Of a stretch of DNA of 64,000 nt, positions 35,041 to 44,751 are shown piece after piece. The position numbers and the translations under genes were made by a program. The stretch's first letter is position 1. Each line of letters opens with the position of its first letter. Under the pieces are notes generated by a model that saw nothing but the letters and a program-made list of their open reading frames with translations, did not search any database and was not told the DNA's origin. Origin of the DNA: Sphingomonas sp. (GTDB lineage: Bacteria > Pseudomonadota > Alphaproteobacteria > Sphingomonadales > Sphingomonadaceae). The DNA is taken from positions 10,411 to 74,410 of the forward strand of contig JBQCHO010000109.1 of NCBI GenBank assembly GCA_051954635.1, written 5' to 3'.

Positions 35041-35382
35041 TCAAACTGATAGCTTCGCGTCGCCCTCGAGTACGCGCTGCTCCAGCTTCGGCGGTGTGCC
35101 CGGTTGCCAGATGCCGGCACGGTGCGAGACGCGATAGCGTAACGGACCGCCGTCGGGCGTCGTCGCGCGCGTGATCGGGCGGACGACGCAGACGAATTCG
35201 GTGTCGATCGCGTTCGGCCCGGCGCTGACGACGGCGTAGCCGTGCCCGGCCATGTCGACGAACTCCAGATGCGGCGCGACGTCTGGATTGGTCAGCGCGC
35301 GCGCCGTCGTGATGTCGCCGTTCGCTGCGTAGTCGAGCGCTGTGCGCACGCCGTGCTTGAGCGCGCAGGGAAACCAGGGCAA
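35041..35382 (-). pseudogene. C-terminal fragment of a PhoD-like alkaline phosphatase (family assignment tentative)
   Basis: Only ~110 C-terminal residues are present (APHLEFVDMAGHGYAVV...EFVCVVRPI...GGPLRYRV). The upstream part is replaced by an unrelated gene fragment. Confidence 0.5.
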
Positions 35383-36314
35383 CTATCGTTTACGCGCGGC
35401 AATCGCGCATCACGTTGCGGTGACCCGGGCGGTCGCGTGCGACCCCGATGAGATGGGGGTCACCGCGGGCGCTCATCAGGCGTTCGACTTGCTCGCGCGC
35501 ACGCTGGTCATCCCGGGGCAGACCGTCGTTGCGGTCGAGGATCCGGGCTATCCGCCCCTGCGCGTGCCCTTTATCGCTGCGGGAGCCAGGATCGTGCCTG
35601 TTCCCGTGGACCACGAAGGCTTGCGGATCGATCGATTGCCGCCAGACGCCGACATCGTCTGCGTTTGCCCGTCGCATCACTTTCCCCCTGGCATGACGAT
35701 GACGGCCTCGCGCCGCGAGGCGTTGTTCGCGTTTGGGCGCGACTATCGTCGAGGACGATTACGACGGCGAATTTCGTTACGACGGTGCCCCGATCGCGGC
35801 GCTTCGCAGCGCGGAAAATGCCGATGTCGTCGCCTATGTCGGCACTTTTTCGAAAAGCATGCTGCCGTCGCTGCGGCTGGGCTTTGCCGTGTTACCCGAT
35901 GTCGTCCGGCGTAACTTCGTGACGGCGAAGAATGCACTCGATTGGCACCTGCCGACGCCGATGCAGCGCGCCGTCGCGGCGTTCATCACCGATGGCGAAC
36001 TGAGCAGGCATATCCGCAAGATGCGGACGATCTATCGGCAGCGAAGGCGGCGCCTAGCCGATTTGATGGTTGTTGCCTCTCCTTGGCTGGAGCCGATCCC
36101 ATCGACCTACGGCATGCACATCTCAGCGCTCGAACGGCAGCCCGGCTATGCTGCTGCGCTGGCCGAACAGGGCGCGATGGACGGCATCGCACTTCACACG
36201 CTCGATCGCTATTGCATCGAAGCCAACCACTCGGGGGTCGTCCTGGGGTTCGGTGTAGCGGATGATCACGCGATCGCCGTGTTGCAACGGACAATCTTAA
36301 ACACGTCACGTTGA
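35369..36314 (+). pseudogene. MocR/PdxR-type PLP-dependent aminotransferase-like regulator, 5'-truncated and frameshifted
   Basis: It starts within the aminotransferase domain (LRAAIAHHVA...EDPGYPP) and has no GntR wHTH. The frame changes near 35730 (…FGRDY / GATIVEDDYDGEFRY). SKS (PLP Lys) is present. Confidence 0.65.
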
Positions 36315-36328
36315 CAAGGGGGGCGGGC

Positions 36329-36404
36329 TGGTGGAGCCGTGGGGAATCGAACCCCTGACCTCTGCAGTGCGATTGCAGCGCTCTCCCATCTGAGCTACGG
36401 CCCC
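36329..36404 (-). tRNA. tRNA-Ala (anticodon CGC)
   Basis: The reverse complement folds as a cloverleaf: GGGGCCG acceptor with G3:U70, GCTC/GAGC D-stem, CTGCA-ATCGCAC-TGCAG anticodon arm, GGGGTTCGATTCCCC T-arm, and encoded CCA. Confidence 0.9.
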
Positions 36405-36538
36405 GCGCCCGGCCCGGCATCGCCGGGAGGCACGCCTGTAGCGGCACTTTTCGGGCGATGCAACACGATGGTTGGGGCTGCGGCAAACTTTGCTGCGCCG
36501 GGCCGCGCGCCGGTTGCGACGCGTCGTCGCAAAGGCCG

Positions 36539-36563
36539 GGAACATCGCCGCTTTCCTCCCGTT
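36539..36563 (+). promoter_or_regulatory. Perfect sigma-EcfG-type promoter motif
   Basis: GGAAC (36539-36543), 16 nt, CGTT (36560-36563). It lies 70 nt upstream of the ATG at 36633. Confidence 0.55.
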
Positions 36564-36632
36564 GAAACAGCAGAGTGCGCCGCCGGCAGGCCCCGCGGCG
36601 TCAGGGCATGTTGACGCGTAAGGAGAGATGCG

Positions 36633-37601
36633 ATGGGCTACGAACGATATCCGCGAAACACCGACCCGCAAGGCGACTATTACGGCCGCCGCGATCCGCA
36701 GGATTACGGCGCCGACTACGGCTCGGGTCGCGACTTCAGCTATTCGAGCGCGCGCGACTATGAAGCCGCGGGCGAGATCGGCCGCAACGATTGGCGCGGC
36801 AGCCGTCGGGCGACCTATGGCTATGGCGACGATGGCTATGCCAATACCGGCACCTATTATGGCGGTCGTCGAGCGACCTATTCGCGCGACCGCTCGGCCG
36901 ATCGGCCTTATTATGGTAGCTATGCCGCCGATCGCGATCGTCTTGGCGATACCGACCGCAGCCGGCGGTCGCTGAGCGGCAATTATGGCCGTCAGCCGCA
37001 GGGTTACGACTATGACGAGCGCGGCTTCATGGCGCGCGCCGGCGACGAGGTCCGCTCGTGGTTCGGCGACGACGAGGCCGAGCGCCGCCGCGAGATGGAC
37101 CAGCGCTACGACGAACGCTACGGTGATCGCTGGGGCAGCCCCTATGGTCGCGACCAGGACTATCACGGCTGGCGCAAGCAGCAGATCGACGCGCTCGACC
37201 GCGACTATGACGAATATCGCCGTGAGAACCATCAGAAGTTCCATAACGAGTTCGGCGCCTGGCGCTCGGAGCGCCAGGGTCAGCGCACCGCGCTCGGCCG
37301 CGTCGCCGAACATATGGACGTGGTCGGCTCGGACGGCGCGCATGTCGGCACTGTCGACAAGGTGCGCGGCGATCGGATCTTGCTGACCAAGAGCGATCCC
37401 GACGCCGGCGGCCACCATCATTCGATCCCTTCACGCTGGATCCAGTCGGTCGACGACAAGGTGACGATCCGCAAGACGGCGGACGAAGCGCACAAGCAGT
37501 GGAAGGACGAGGAGCGCAACCAGGCGATGTTCGGCGACGACAATCGCTACGACGTCGGCACCTCGCACAATCTCAACCGGAGTTTCTCCGGCACCTATTG
37601 A
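36633..37601 (+). CDS. SWFGD-motif / DUF2171-domain protein with a Tyr/Arg/Asp/Gly-rich low-complexity N-terminal half
   Basis: SWFGDDEAERRR motif. The C-terminal part (HMDVVGSDGAHVGTVDKVRGDRILLTKSDPDAGGHHHSIP) is typical of DUF2171. AAGGAGAG RBS. Confidence 0.8.
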   Translation: MGYERYPRNTDPQGDYYGRRDPQDYGADYGSGRDFSYSSARDYEAAGEIGRNDWRGSRRATYGYGDDGYANTGTYYGGRRATYSRDRSADRPYYGSYAADRDRLGDTDRSRRSLSGNYGRQPQGYDYDERGFMARAGDEVRSWFGDDEAERRREMDQRYDERYGDRWGSPYGRDQDYHGWRKQQIDALDRDYDEYRRENHQKFHNEFGAWRSERQGQRTALGRVAEHMDVVGSDGAHVGTVDKVRGDRILLTKSDPDAGGHHHSIPSRWIQSVDDKVTIRKTADEAHKQWKDEERNQAMFGDDNRYDVGTSHNLNRSFSGTY

Positions 37602-37626
37602 TCGTCGCTGATGGTCACGCAGGGAA

Positions 37627-37656
37627 GGGCCCGGGCGGCGACGTCCGGGCCCTTTT
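37627..37656 (+). terminator. Rho-independent terminator
   Basis: GGGCCCGG (37627-37634) pairs with CCGGGCCC (37645-37652), followed by TTTT. Confidence 0.65.
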
Positions 37657-37736
37657 CGTAATAGGCAGGCCGGGTTGCATTTCGCAACGCATCTGCCATA
37701 CCCGAAACTCGAAAATAAAATTTGGGAGAGTCGCTC

Positions 37737-38729
37737 ATGGCACGCGCCTGGACGCTGAAATCACGCCCGCAGGGCAAGCCCGATCACGACAATTTCGCGC
37801 TGGTCGATCTCGAATCGACCCCGCTCGGCGACGGGCAGATCCGCGTGCGCAACCGCTGGCTGTCGGTCGATCCGTATATGCGCGGCCGGATGAACGACAT
37901 GAAGAGCTATGTCCCGCCCTTTCAGCTCGGCGCGCCAATGGAAGGCGGCGCGATCGGCGAGGTGCTCGAGAGCAAAGCCGAGGGCTTTTCGCCGGGTGAC
38001 CGCGTCCAGCACATGCTCGGCTGGCGTGACGAGGCGGTGGTCGATGCGGGCCAGGTGCAGAAGCTGCCCGATCTCGGCGTCGACGATCAGGCATTTCTCG
38101 GCCAGCTCGGGATGCCGGGGATGACCGCTTATTTCGGGCTGCTCGACGTCGCGAGCGCGAAGCCCGGCGACATCGTGTTCGTCTCGGCGGCGGCGGGCGC
38201 GGTCGGCTCGACGGTGGTGCAGATTGCCAAGGCCAAGGGCATGACCGTGATCGGCTCGGCGGGCGGCGCGGACAAATGCGCCTGGGTCAAGTCGCTCGGC
38301 GCCGATGCGGTGATCGATTACAAGGAAGGCGGCACGCCGCTGGTCAAGAAGCTGATGGACGCGGCGCCGCAGGGCATCGACGTCTATTTCGACAATGTCG
38401 GCAGCGATCATCTCGATGCCGCGCTCGCCGTCGCGCGCGAGCACGCGCGCTTCGCGATTTGCGGCATGATCGACATCTACAACGACATGAAGCCAACCGA
38501 GCTGCGCTACCTCGCCCGCGTCATCCAGGCGCGCATCCGCGTGCAGGGCTTCATCGTCACCGATTTCATGAGCCGGATGGGCGAATTCTATCAGGACATG
38601 GGCGGCATGCTGCAGGCCGGCAAGCTGCAGCGCCAGGAGACGGTGCATGACGGGCTCGACGCGATGCCCGATGCGTTCCTCGGGCTGTTCTCGGGCGGCA
38701 ACACCGGCAAGATGCTGGTGCGGCTCTGA
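37737..38729 (+). CDS. NADP-dependent oxidoreductase, medium-chain reductase family (YncB/CurA, alkenal-reductase-like)
   Basis: Family-typical N-terminus (W.LKSRPQGKPDHDNFALV) and the nucleotide motif AAAGAVGS. Confidence 0.85.
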   Translation: MARAWTLKSRPQGKPDHDNFALVDLESTPLGDGQIRVRNRWLSVDPYMRGRMNDMKSYVPPFQLGAPMEGGAIGEVLESKAEGFSPGDRVQHMLGWRDEAVVDAGQVQKLPDLGVDDQAFLGQLGMPGMTAYFGLLDVASAKPGDIVFVSAAAGAVGSTVVQIAKAKGMTVIGSAGGADKCAWVKSLGADAVIDYKEGGTPLVKKLMDAAPQGIDVYFDNVGSDHLDAALAVAREHARFAICGMIDIYNDMKPTELRYLARVIQARIRVQGFIVTDFMSRMGEFYQDMGGMLQAGKLQRQETVHDGLDAMPDAFLGLFSGGNTGKMLVRL

Positions 38730-38759
38730 TCGAACCGCACGCTTGCAAACCGATTACGC

Positions 38760-40160
38760 TTACCATCCCCCGCCCAGCGCCTCGAACAGGTTGATCTGGT
38801 CGTCGGCGATTTGCGCGTCGGCATCGGCGAGGGCGGCCTGGGCGTCGGCGAAGGTGCGTTCGGCGTCGAGCAGGTCGAGCGAGTTGACCGCGCCCTCGCG
38901 CTGCTGTGCGCGAGTGATGACCGCGGCACGCTCGGCCTGGTCGTAGGCGGCCTTGAGCGCGGTGCGGCGGTCGAGGTCGTGGCCATAGGCGGAGAGCGCG
39001 GTTTCGGTTTCGCGTAATGCTGTCAGCACGGTGCCGTCGAACGTCGCGAGCGCGGCCTGGGTGTCGGCCTTGGCGCCGGCGATCTTGGCGCGGGCGGCGC
39101 TCTGGTTGGGGAACGCCCAGGAGATCAGCGGGCCGAGCAGCCAGCGCAGCGGCCCCGCACCGAACAGGTCGCTGATCGAATTGCTCGTCGAGCCGACCGA
39201 GGCGCCGAGCGAGATGTGCGGATAGAGGTCGGCCGTCGCGACGCCGATCCGCGCGGTGTCGGCGGCGAGACGACGCTCGGCGGCGCGGACGTCGGGCCGG
39301 CGCGCGATCAGCGCCTGGCCGTCGCCGACCGGGATCGGCCGGGCGATTTCGAGCGTCGTGGTTCGCTCGCCGGCGATCGGTGGCAGATCGGCCGGCGCGC
39401 GTCCGGTGAGCGTCGCGAGGCGGAACAGTGCCGCGTCGCGCTCGGCCTGGATGGTCGGCACGTCGGCGGCGCGCTGGTCGCGCAGCGCGGCGATGCGGGC
39501 GGTGTCGAGGCCGTTGGCGAGTCCGGCCGAATGACGGCGCTCGGTCAGCGTCAGCGACTGGTCAAGCAACTCGACCGTGTGCCGCGCCACCGCCAGCCGT
39601 GCCGCGGCCGACGCGGCGTCGGCATAGGCGCGCGTCGTATCGGCGACCACCGCGACGCGCACCGCGTCCGCGTCATATTGTGCGGCGGCGACGTCACCCT
39701 TGGCCGCTTGGACATCGCGGCGGACGCGACCGAACAGATCGACCTCGTATGACACGTCGAGCCCGGCATCGATCGTCCAGTCTTCGCGCTCGCTGCCGGG
39801 CAGGCGCTGGCCGGCGGGCAATCGGCCGTAGGTCGGGTCGGCGCTGAGCGTGGTCTGCGGCAGCTCGTCGACGCGCGCGGCCTTCAGCCCGGCGCGCGCC
39901 TTGGCGATGTTCGCGACCGCGACGCGGATGTCGGTATTGGCCTCGAGCGCATCGGCGACGAGGCCGTCGAGCACCGGATCGTCATAGAGCCGCCACCAAT
40001 CCTGATCGATCGGTGCGGTCGACACAGCTGGCGTCGTGGCAGCGACGAAGGGGCCGGACGCCGCCGCTGGAGGGGCAGGCGCGACATAGTCCGGCCCCAC
40101 CGCGCACGCGGCGAGCGCCAGCGCGGATAACGAGGCGAGCGAAGCACGAAGACGTGACAT
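38760..40160 (-). CDS. RND efflux outer-membrane factor lipoprotein, NodT family
   Basis: Lipobox LALAACAVGPDY and two TolC-like repeats. It is the last gene of the MFP-RND-OMF string. Confidence 0.9.
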   Translation of the reverse strand: MSRLRASLASLSALALAACAVGPDYVAPAPPAAASGPFVAATTPAVSTAPIDQDWWRLYDDPVLDGLVADALEANTDIRVAVANIAKARAGLKAARVDELPQTTLSADPTYGRLPAGQRLPGSEREDWTIDAGLDVSYEVDLFGRVRRDVQAAKGDVAAAQYDADAVRVAVVADTTRAYADAASAAARLAVARHTVELLDQSLTLTERRHSAGLANGLDTARIAALRDQRAADVPTIQAERDAALFRLATLTGRAPADLPPIAGERTTTLEIARPIPVGDGQALIARRPDVRAAERRLAADTARIGVATADLYPHISLGASVGSTSNSISDLFGAGPLRWLLGPLISWAFPNQSAARAKIAGAKADTQAALATFDGTVLTALRETETALSAYGHDLDRRTALKAAYDQAERAAVITRAQQREGAVNSLDLLDAERTFADAQAALADADAQIADDQINLFEALGGGW

Positions 40161-40172
40161 GGATTTCAGTCC

Positions 40173-43100
40173 TTATTCGGCAGGCAGCAGCACCGGCTCC
40201 GCATCGGGCCGGCGACGGCGGCGTGCGAAGCGGTCGCCGAGCGCGCGGCAGACGACGTAGAAGGTCGGCGTGAAGAGCAGCCCGAAGCCGGTGACGCCGA
40301 GCATCCCGAACACCACCGCGGTGCCGAGCGCCTGGCGCAATTCGGCACCTGCGCCGCTCGCGACCATCAGCGGGACCGAGCCGAGCACGAAGGCGAAGCT
40401 GGTCATCAGGATCGGCCGCAGGCGATCGCGTGCTGCGCGCACCGCGGCCTCGACCGGCGACAGCCCGTCTTCCTGCTCGCCCTGCCGCGCGAACTCGACC
40501 ACCAGGATCGCGTTTTTCGCGGCGAGCGCGATCAGCACGACCAGCCCGATCTGCGTCAGCACATTGTTGTCCATGCCGCGCAGATTGACGCCGATCATCG
40601 CCGCCAACAGGCACATCGGCACGATCAGGATGATCGCCACCGGCAGCACCACGCTTTCATATTGCGCGGCAAGCACCAGGAAGACGAACACCACCGACAG
40701 CGCGAACACCAGCCCCGCTGTGTTGCCGGCGAGCTTCTGCTGGAAGGCCACGTCGGTCCATTCGTGGCCATAGCCTGCGGGCAGCGTTTGGTCGGCGAGC
40801 TTCTCCATCGTCGTCAGCGACGCGCCCGACGAATAGCCCGGCGCGGTATCGCCATCGATCGCGACCGCCGGGTGGAGGTTGTAGCGCTGCACGCGATACG
40901 GCCCGGTCTTGCTGTCGAACGTCGCGACCGATCCGATCGGCACCATCGCGCCGGAGTCCGACCGCGTCTTCAAATTGGCGATATCGGCAGGCGTGCGGCG
41001 AGCATCGGCCTCGGCCTGCGCGGTCACATGATAAGTCCGGCCGAGCAAGTTGAAATCGTTGACATAAGCCGAGCCGAGATAGACTTGGAGCGCCTCGAAC
41101 ACGCGCTCCGGGGGCGCGCCGAGCATGTCCGACTTGCGGCGATCGATATCGGCGAAGATGCGCGGCGTCGCGGTGTTGAAAAAGGTATAGACTTGGCGAA
41201 GCCCCTTAGTCTGGTTCGCCTTGCCGATCAGCCCGAAGGCGTTCTTGCCGAGCGCGTCGTAGCCGTGGTCGCCCAAATCCTCGATCATCATGCGATAGCC
41301 GCCGGCCGAGCCGATCCCCTGGATTAGGGGCGGCGGCACCACCATGATCCGCGCCTCGTTGATGTCGGCGGTACGCTTCATCGCCTCGGCCATGATCTGC
41401 TTGAAGCTGACGCCGAGCTTCTCACGCTCCTCGAACGATTTGAGCGGGACGTAGGCGGCGGCGGCATTGGGCGCGAGCGTCTGTGACGGGCCGTCGAAGC
41501 CGGCGAGCATCACCGAACCCTTGACGCCCGGGATCGGAAGGATGCGCTTGGCGACCTTTTGCAGCACCGCATCAGTGCGTTCGAGCGACGAGCCCGGCGG
41601 CAACTGGACGACGGTGAGGAAATAGCCCTGGTCCTGCGCCGGGATGAAGCCCGATGGCGTCACCCAGAACAGCCCGATCGTCGCGGCGATCAGCCCCGCA
41701 TAGGTGATCATCACCGATTTGGGCCGCGACACCAGCCAGCGGGTGAGCCGCGAATAGCCGTCGCTCAGCCGCTCGAAGCCCCGGTTGAAGCGATCACCCG
41801 CGCGGTGGAGGAAGCGCACCACCGCATGCCGCTCGCCGCGATGATCGTGCGGGCGCAGCAGCAATGCGGCAAGCGCGGGCGAGAGGGTGAGCGACAGCGT
41901 CAGCGAGATGATCGTCGCGCTGGAGATCGTCACCGCGAACTGCTGGTAGAACGCGCCCGACAGACCGGTGAGGAACAGCGTCGGCACGAACACCGCGCAC
42001 AGCACCAGCACGATCGCGACGAGCGCAGTCGACACCTCGTCCATCGAGGTCTTGGCCGCCTCCATCGCGGAGAGCCCGCGTTCGAGGTTGCGCTCGACAT
42101 TCTCGACCACGACGATCGCATCGTCGACCACCACGCCGATCGCCAGCACCATCGCGAACAGCGACAGATTGTTGAGCGAGTAGCCGAACGCCGCGAGAAC
42201 CGCGCAACTGCCAAGCAGCGACACAGGAATCGCCACGACCGGGATCAGCGCCGCGCGCCACTTCTGCAGGAACACCAGGATCACCAGGACGACCAGCAGC
42301 ACCGCTTCGAGCAGCGTGTGCATCACCGCGTCGATCGACTGCGAGATGAACTGGGTGGGGTTGTAGATGACGCGATATTCGAGGCCCTTGGGGAAGGTCT
42401 TGGAGATCGTCTTCATCTCCTTTTCGACCGTCTGAGCGGCGGCGAGCGCGTTCGATCCGGGACGCTGGAACACCGCGAGCAGCACGGTTGGTTGACCCGA
42501 GAGGTAAGTATTCGACGAATAATCGTCGGCGCCGAGCTCGACCCGCGCGACATCCGAAACGCGGACCTGGTGGCCGTCGGAATCGGTACGGATGACGATG
42601 TTCGCGAATTGCTGGGAGTCGACGAAGCGGCCCTGCGCTTCGACGCTCAACTGGAAGGCGTTGCCTTGCGAATAAGGCGGCGCACCGAGCGTACCCGCGG
42701 CGACCTGCACATTCTGCGCGCGCAGCGCCGAGACGATGTCGCCCGCTGTGAGGTTCAGCGCGGCGGCCCGGCCGGGATCGATCCATACGCGCATCGCGTA
42801 ATCGCGATTGCCGAACAGCCGCACGTCGCCGACGCCGTCGATCCGGCTCAGCCGGTCGCGGATCCGGGTCAGTGCGTAGTTCGAGATATAGCCGCGATCG
42901 AGCGAGTTGTCGGGCGAGACGAGGTTGACGATCAGCAGGAAGTCGGGCGACGTCTTCTGCGTCACAACGCCCAATCGCTGGACTTCCTCGGGCAGCGTCG
43001 GCACCGCGATCGCGACACGGTTCTGCACCAGCACCTGCGCGGCATCGAGATCGGTGCCGATCTTGAAGGTGACGGTGATCGTCACGCGCCCGTCGCCGGT

Positions 43101-43352
43101 CGATTGCGACGACATGTAGAGCATGTTGTCGACGCCGTTGATCTGCTGCTCGATGGGGGCAGCGACGGTATCGGCCACCGTCTGCGCGGTGGCGCCGGGA
43201 TAGCTCGCCGTCACCGTCACCGTCGGCGGCACGATGTTGGGATATTGCGACACCGGCAGCCCGAAATAGGCGATGGCGCCGACGATCGTGATGACGACCG
43301 CGATCACCGCGGCGAAGATCGGCCGCGTGATGAAGAACCGCGAGAGGCGCAT
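40173..43352 (-). CDS. RND multidrug efflux permease (AcrB/MexB, HAE1 type)
   Basis: 1059 aa. MRLSRFFITRPIFAAVIAVVITIVGAIAYFGLPVSQYPNIVPPTVTVTASYPGA is a canonical HAE1 N-terminus. 12 TM segments. Confidence 0.95.
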   Translation of the reverse strand: MRLSRFFITRPIFAAVIAVVITIVGAIAYFGLPVSQYPNIVPPTVTVTASYPGATAQTVADTVAAPIEQQINGVDNMLYMSSQSTGDGRVTITVTFKIGTDLDAAQVLVQNRVAIAVPTLPEEVQRLGVVTQKTSPDFLLIVNLVSPDNSLDRGYISNYALTRIRDRLSRIDGVGDVRLFGNRDYAMRVWIDPGRAAALNLTAGDIVSALRAQNVQVAAGTLGAPPYSQGNAFQLSVEAQGRFVDSQQFANIVIRTDSDGHQVRVSDVARVELGADDYSSNTYLSGQPTVLLAVFQRPGSNALAAAQTVEKEMKTISKTFPKGLEYRVIYNPTQFISQSIDAVMHTLLEAVLLVVLVILVFLQKWRAALIPVVAIPVSLLGSCAVLAAFGYSLNNLSLFAMVLAIGVVVDDAIVVVENVERNLERGLSAMEAAKTSMDEVSTALVAIVLVLCAVFVPTLFLTGLSGAFYQQFAVTISSATIISLTLSLTLSPALAALLLRPHDHRGERHAVVRFLHRAGDRFNRGFERLSDGYSRLTRWLVSRPKSVMITYAGLIAATIGLFWVTPSGFIPAQDQGYFLTVVQLPPGSSLERTDAVLQKVAKRILPIPGVKGSVMLAGFDGPSQTLAPNAAAAYVPLKSFEEREKLGVSFKQIMAEAMKRTADINEARIMVVPPPLIQGIGSAGGYRMMIEDLGDHGYDALGKNAFGLIGKANQTKGLRQVYTFFNTATPRIFADIDRRKSDMLGAPPERVFEALQVYLGSAYVNDFNLLGRTYHVTAQAEADARRTPADIANLKTRSDSGAMVPIGSVATFDSKTGPYRVQRYNLHPAVAIDGDTAPGYSSGASLTTMEKLADQTLPAGYGHEWTDVAFQQKLAGNTAGLVFALSVVFVFLVLAAQYESVVLPVAIILIVPMCLLAAMIGVNLRGMDNNVLTQIGLVVLIALAAKNAILVVEFARQGEQEDGLSPVEAAVRAARDRLRPILMTSFAFVLGSVPLMVASGAGAELRQALGTAVVFGMLGVTGFGLLFTPTFYVVCRALGDRFARRRRRPDAEPVLLPAE

Positions 43353-43482
43353 GTGCCTGCTCCTGATTGGGGCTGACGAGCCCTGAGAAGATTTCCCCGT
43401 TCGCCCTGAGCTTGTCGAAGGGCGTGCGCCGCTCGGGCACGGGCTTCGACAAGCTCAGCCCGAACGGTGTGGCGGGGGTCCG

Positions 43483-44751
43483 CTAATTCACCGCGAAGGT
43501 CGCTTCGCCGCTCGAAGAATCGCTGACCGCGGGCGGTGGCGCGTCAGCCTCGACTGGCACGATCTTGCCCGCCTTGACGACGACTCTGCCGCCGGGCTGG
43601 GCCAGCTCGGGATCGCTGATGATCACGCGGTCCTGCGCCGTCAGCCCGCTCTTGATTACCCGCAGGCCGTTCACCACCGGGCCGAGCTCGACCGGCTTCG
43701 ACTGCGCCGTCCCGTCCTTGCCGACCACCATCACCAGCTTGCGCGTCTGGTCGGTGGTGATCGCGGCATCCGGGACCAGCATCGCCTGGACGTTGCCGCC
43801 GCTCGACAGTCGCGCATTGCCGAACATGCCGGGGGTGAGGAACAGCCCCGGATTGTTCACTACCGCCCGCACCCGGATCGTCCCCGATTTGGGGTCGAGC
43901 CCGTTATCGGTGAAATCGAGCTTGCCGTGCCAGCGATAGGCGGTCTCGTCCTGCAGCTTGACCTCGACCGGCGAGGTCGCGTGCCCCGCCTGCTGATCGC
44001 GCTTGGTCTTGAGGAACTCGGCTTCCGAGGCGTCGAAGCTGAAATAGATCGGATCGAGCGCGTTGATCGTCGTCAGCAGCGTCGCCGCTGCGCCGTCGCC
44101 GCCCGCGACCAGATTGCCGGCATCGATCTTGCGGTCCGAAATGCGGCCGCTGATCGGCGCGCGAACCTGGGTAAAGCTGAGGTCGAGCGCGCGCGCGCGA
44201 ACTTGCGCTTCGGCGCCCGCCAGCGCGACCTGCGCCGCCTGCTGCTTGGCGCGCAACTGGTCGACATCGCTCTTCGACACCGCGTCGACATCGATCAGCT
44301 TCATCGCACGGGCGAGATTGGCGTGCGCCAGGCTGAGGTCGCTCTGCGCCGACGCCACGCTCGCCCGCGCTTCGGCCAGCGCCGCGGCGAACGGGAGCGG
44401 GTCGATCGTGAACAACAGGTCGCCCTTATGGACCACCGCGCCGTCCCTGAAATGCACCGCCGTCACCTCTCCCGAGACACGCGGGCGCACCTCGACCGTC
44501 TTGGTCGCCTCGAAGCGGCCGACATAATCGTCCCACTGGTCGATCGAGCGTGTGATCGGCGTCGCCACAGTGACGACGGGCGGCGGCGGTGCGGCAGCTG
44601 CCGGGTGGCCGTGATGCGCGATCGAATAGCCGCCCCATGCGACGAGCGCGAGCGGCACGCCGATCAGCAGTCCCTTGCGCCAGCCCGCATTGCGCGGTTC
44701 GGCATCGGGCGCGTCCTGGTCGGCGCGCCCTTGTGTCGTAATCATGTCCAT
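43483..44751 (-). CDS. RND efflux periplasmic adaptor (MFP, AcrA-like)
   Basis: Internal ATG (MDMITTQ) of ORF 43483-45042. TM anchor, then VEVRPRVSGEV...GDLLFTIDP lipoyl/hairpin motifs. Confidence 0.9.
   Translation of the reverse strand: MDMITTQGRADQDAPDAEPRNAGWRKGLLIGVPLALVAWGGYSIAHHGHPAAAAPPPPVVTVATPITRSIDQWDDYVGRFEATKTVEVRPRVSGEVTAVHFRDGAVVHKGDLLFTIDPLPFAAALAEARASVASAQSDLSLAHANLARAMKLIDVDAVSKSDVDQLRAKQQAAQVALAGAEAQVRARALDLSFTQVRAPISGRISDRKIDAGNLVAGGDGAAATLLTTINALDPIYFSFDASEAEFLKTKRDQQAGHATSPVEVKLQDETAYRWHGKLDFTDNGLDPKSGTIRVRAVVNNPGLFLTPGMFGNARLSSGGNVQAMLVPDAAITTDQTRKLVMVVGKDGTAQSKPVELGPVVNGLRVIKSGLTAQDRVIISDPELAQPGGRVVVKAGKIVPVEADAPPPAVSDSSSGEATFAVN

Noticed and set aside
36306-37421. 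371-aa minus-strand ORF
   Set aside because: It runs through tRNA-Ala and is antisense to the SWFGD/DUF2171 gene. The Ala/Ile/Val-rich translation mirrors the repetitive sense strand.
37761-38648. 295-aa minus-strand ORF
   Set aside because: It is antisense to the MDR-family oxidoreductase gene, which carries the AAAGAVGS nucleotide motif.
41559-43452. 605-aa (+) and 552-aa (-) ORFs overlapping the RND permease gene
   Set aside because: They are antisense or out-of-frame relative to the canonical AcrB-like ORF 40173-43352. The translations are Arg/His/Asp-rich and nonsense-like.
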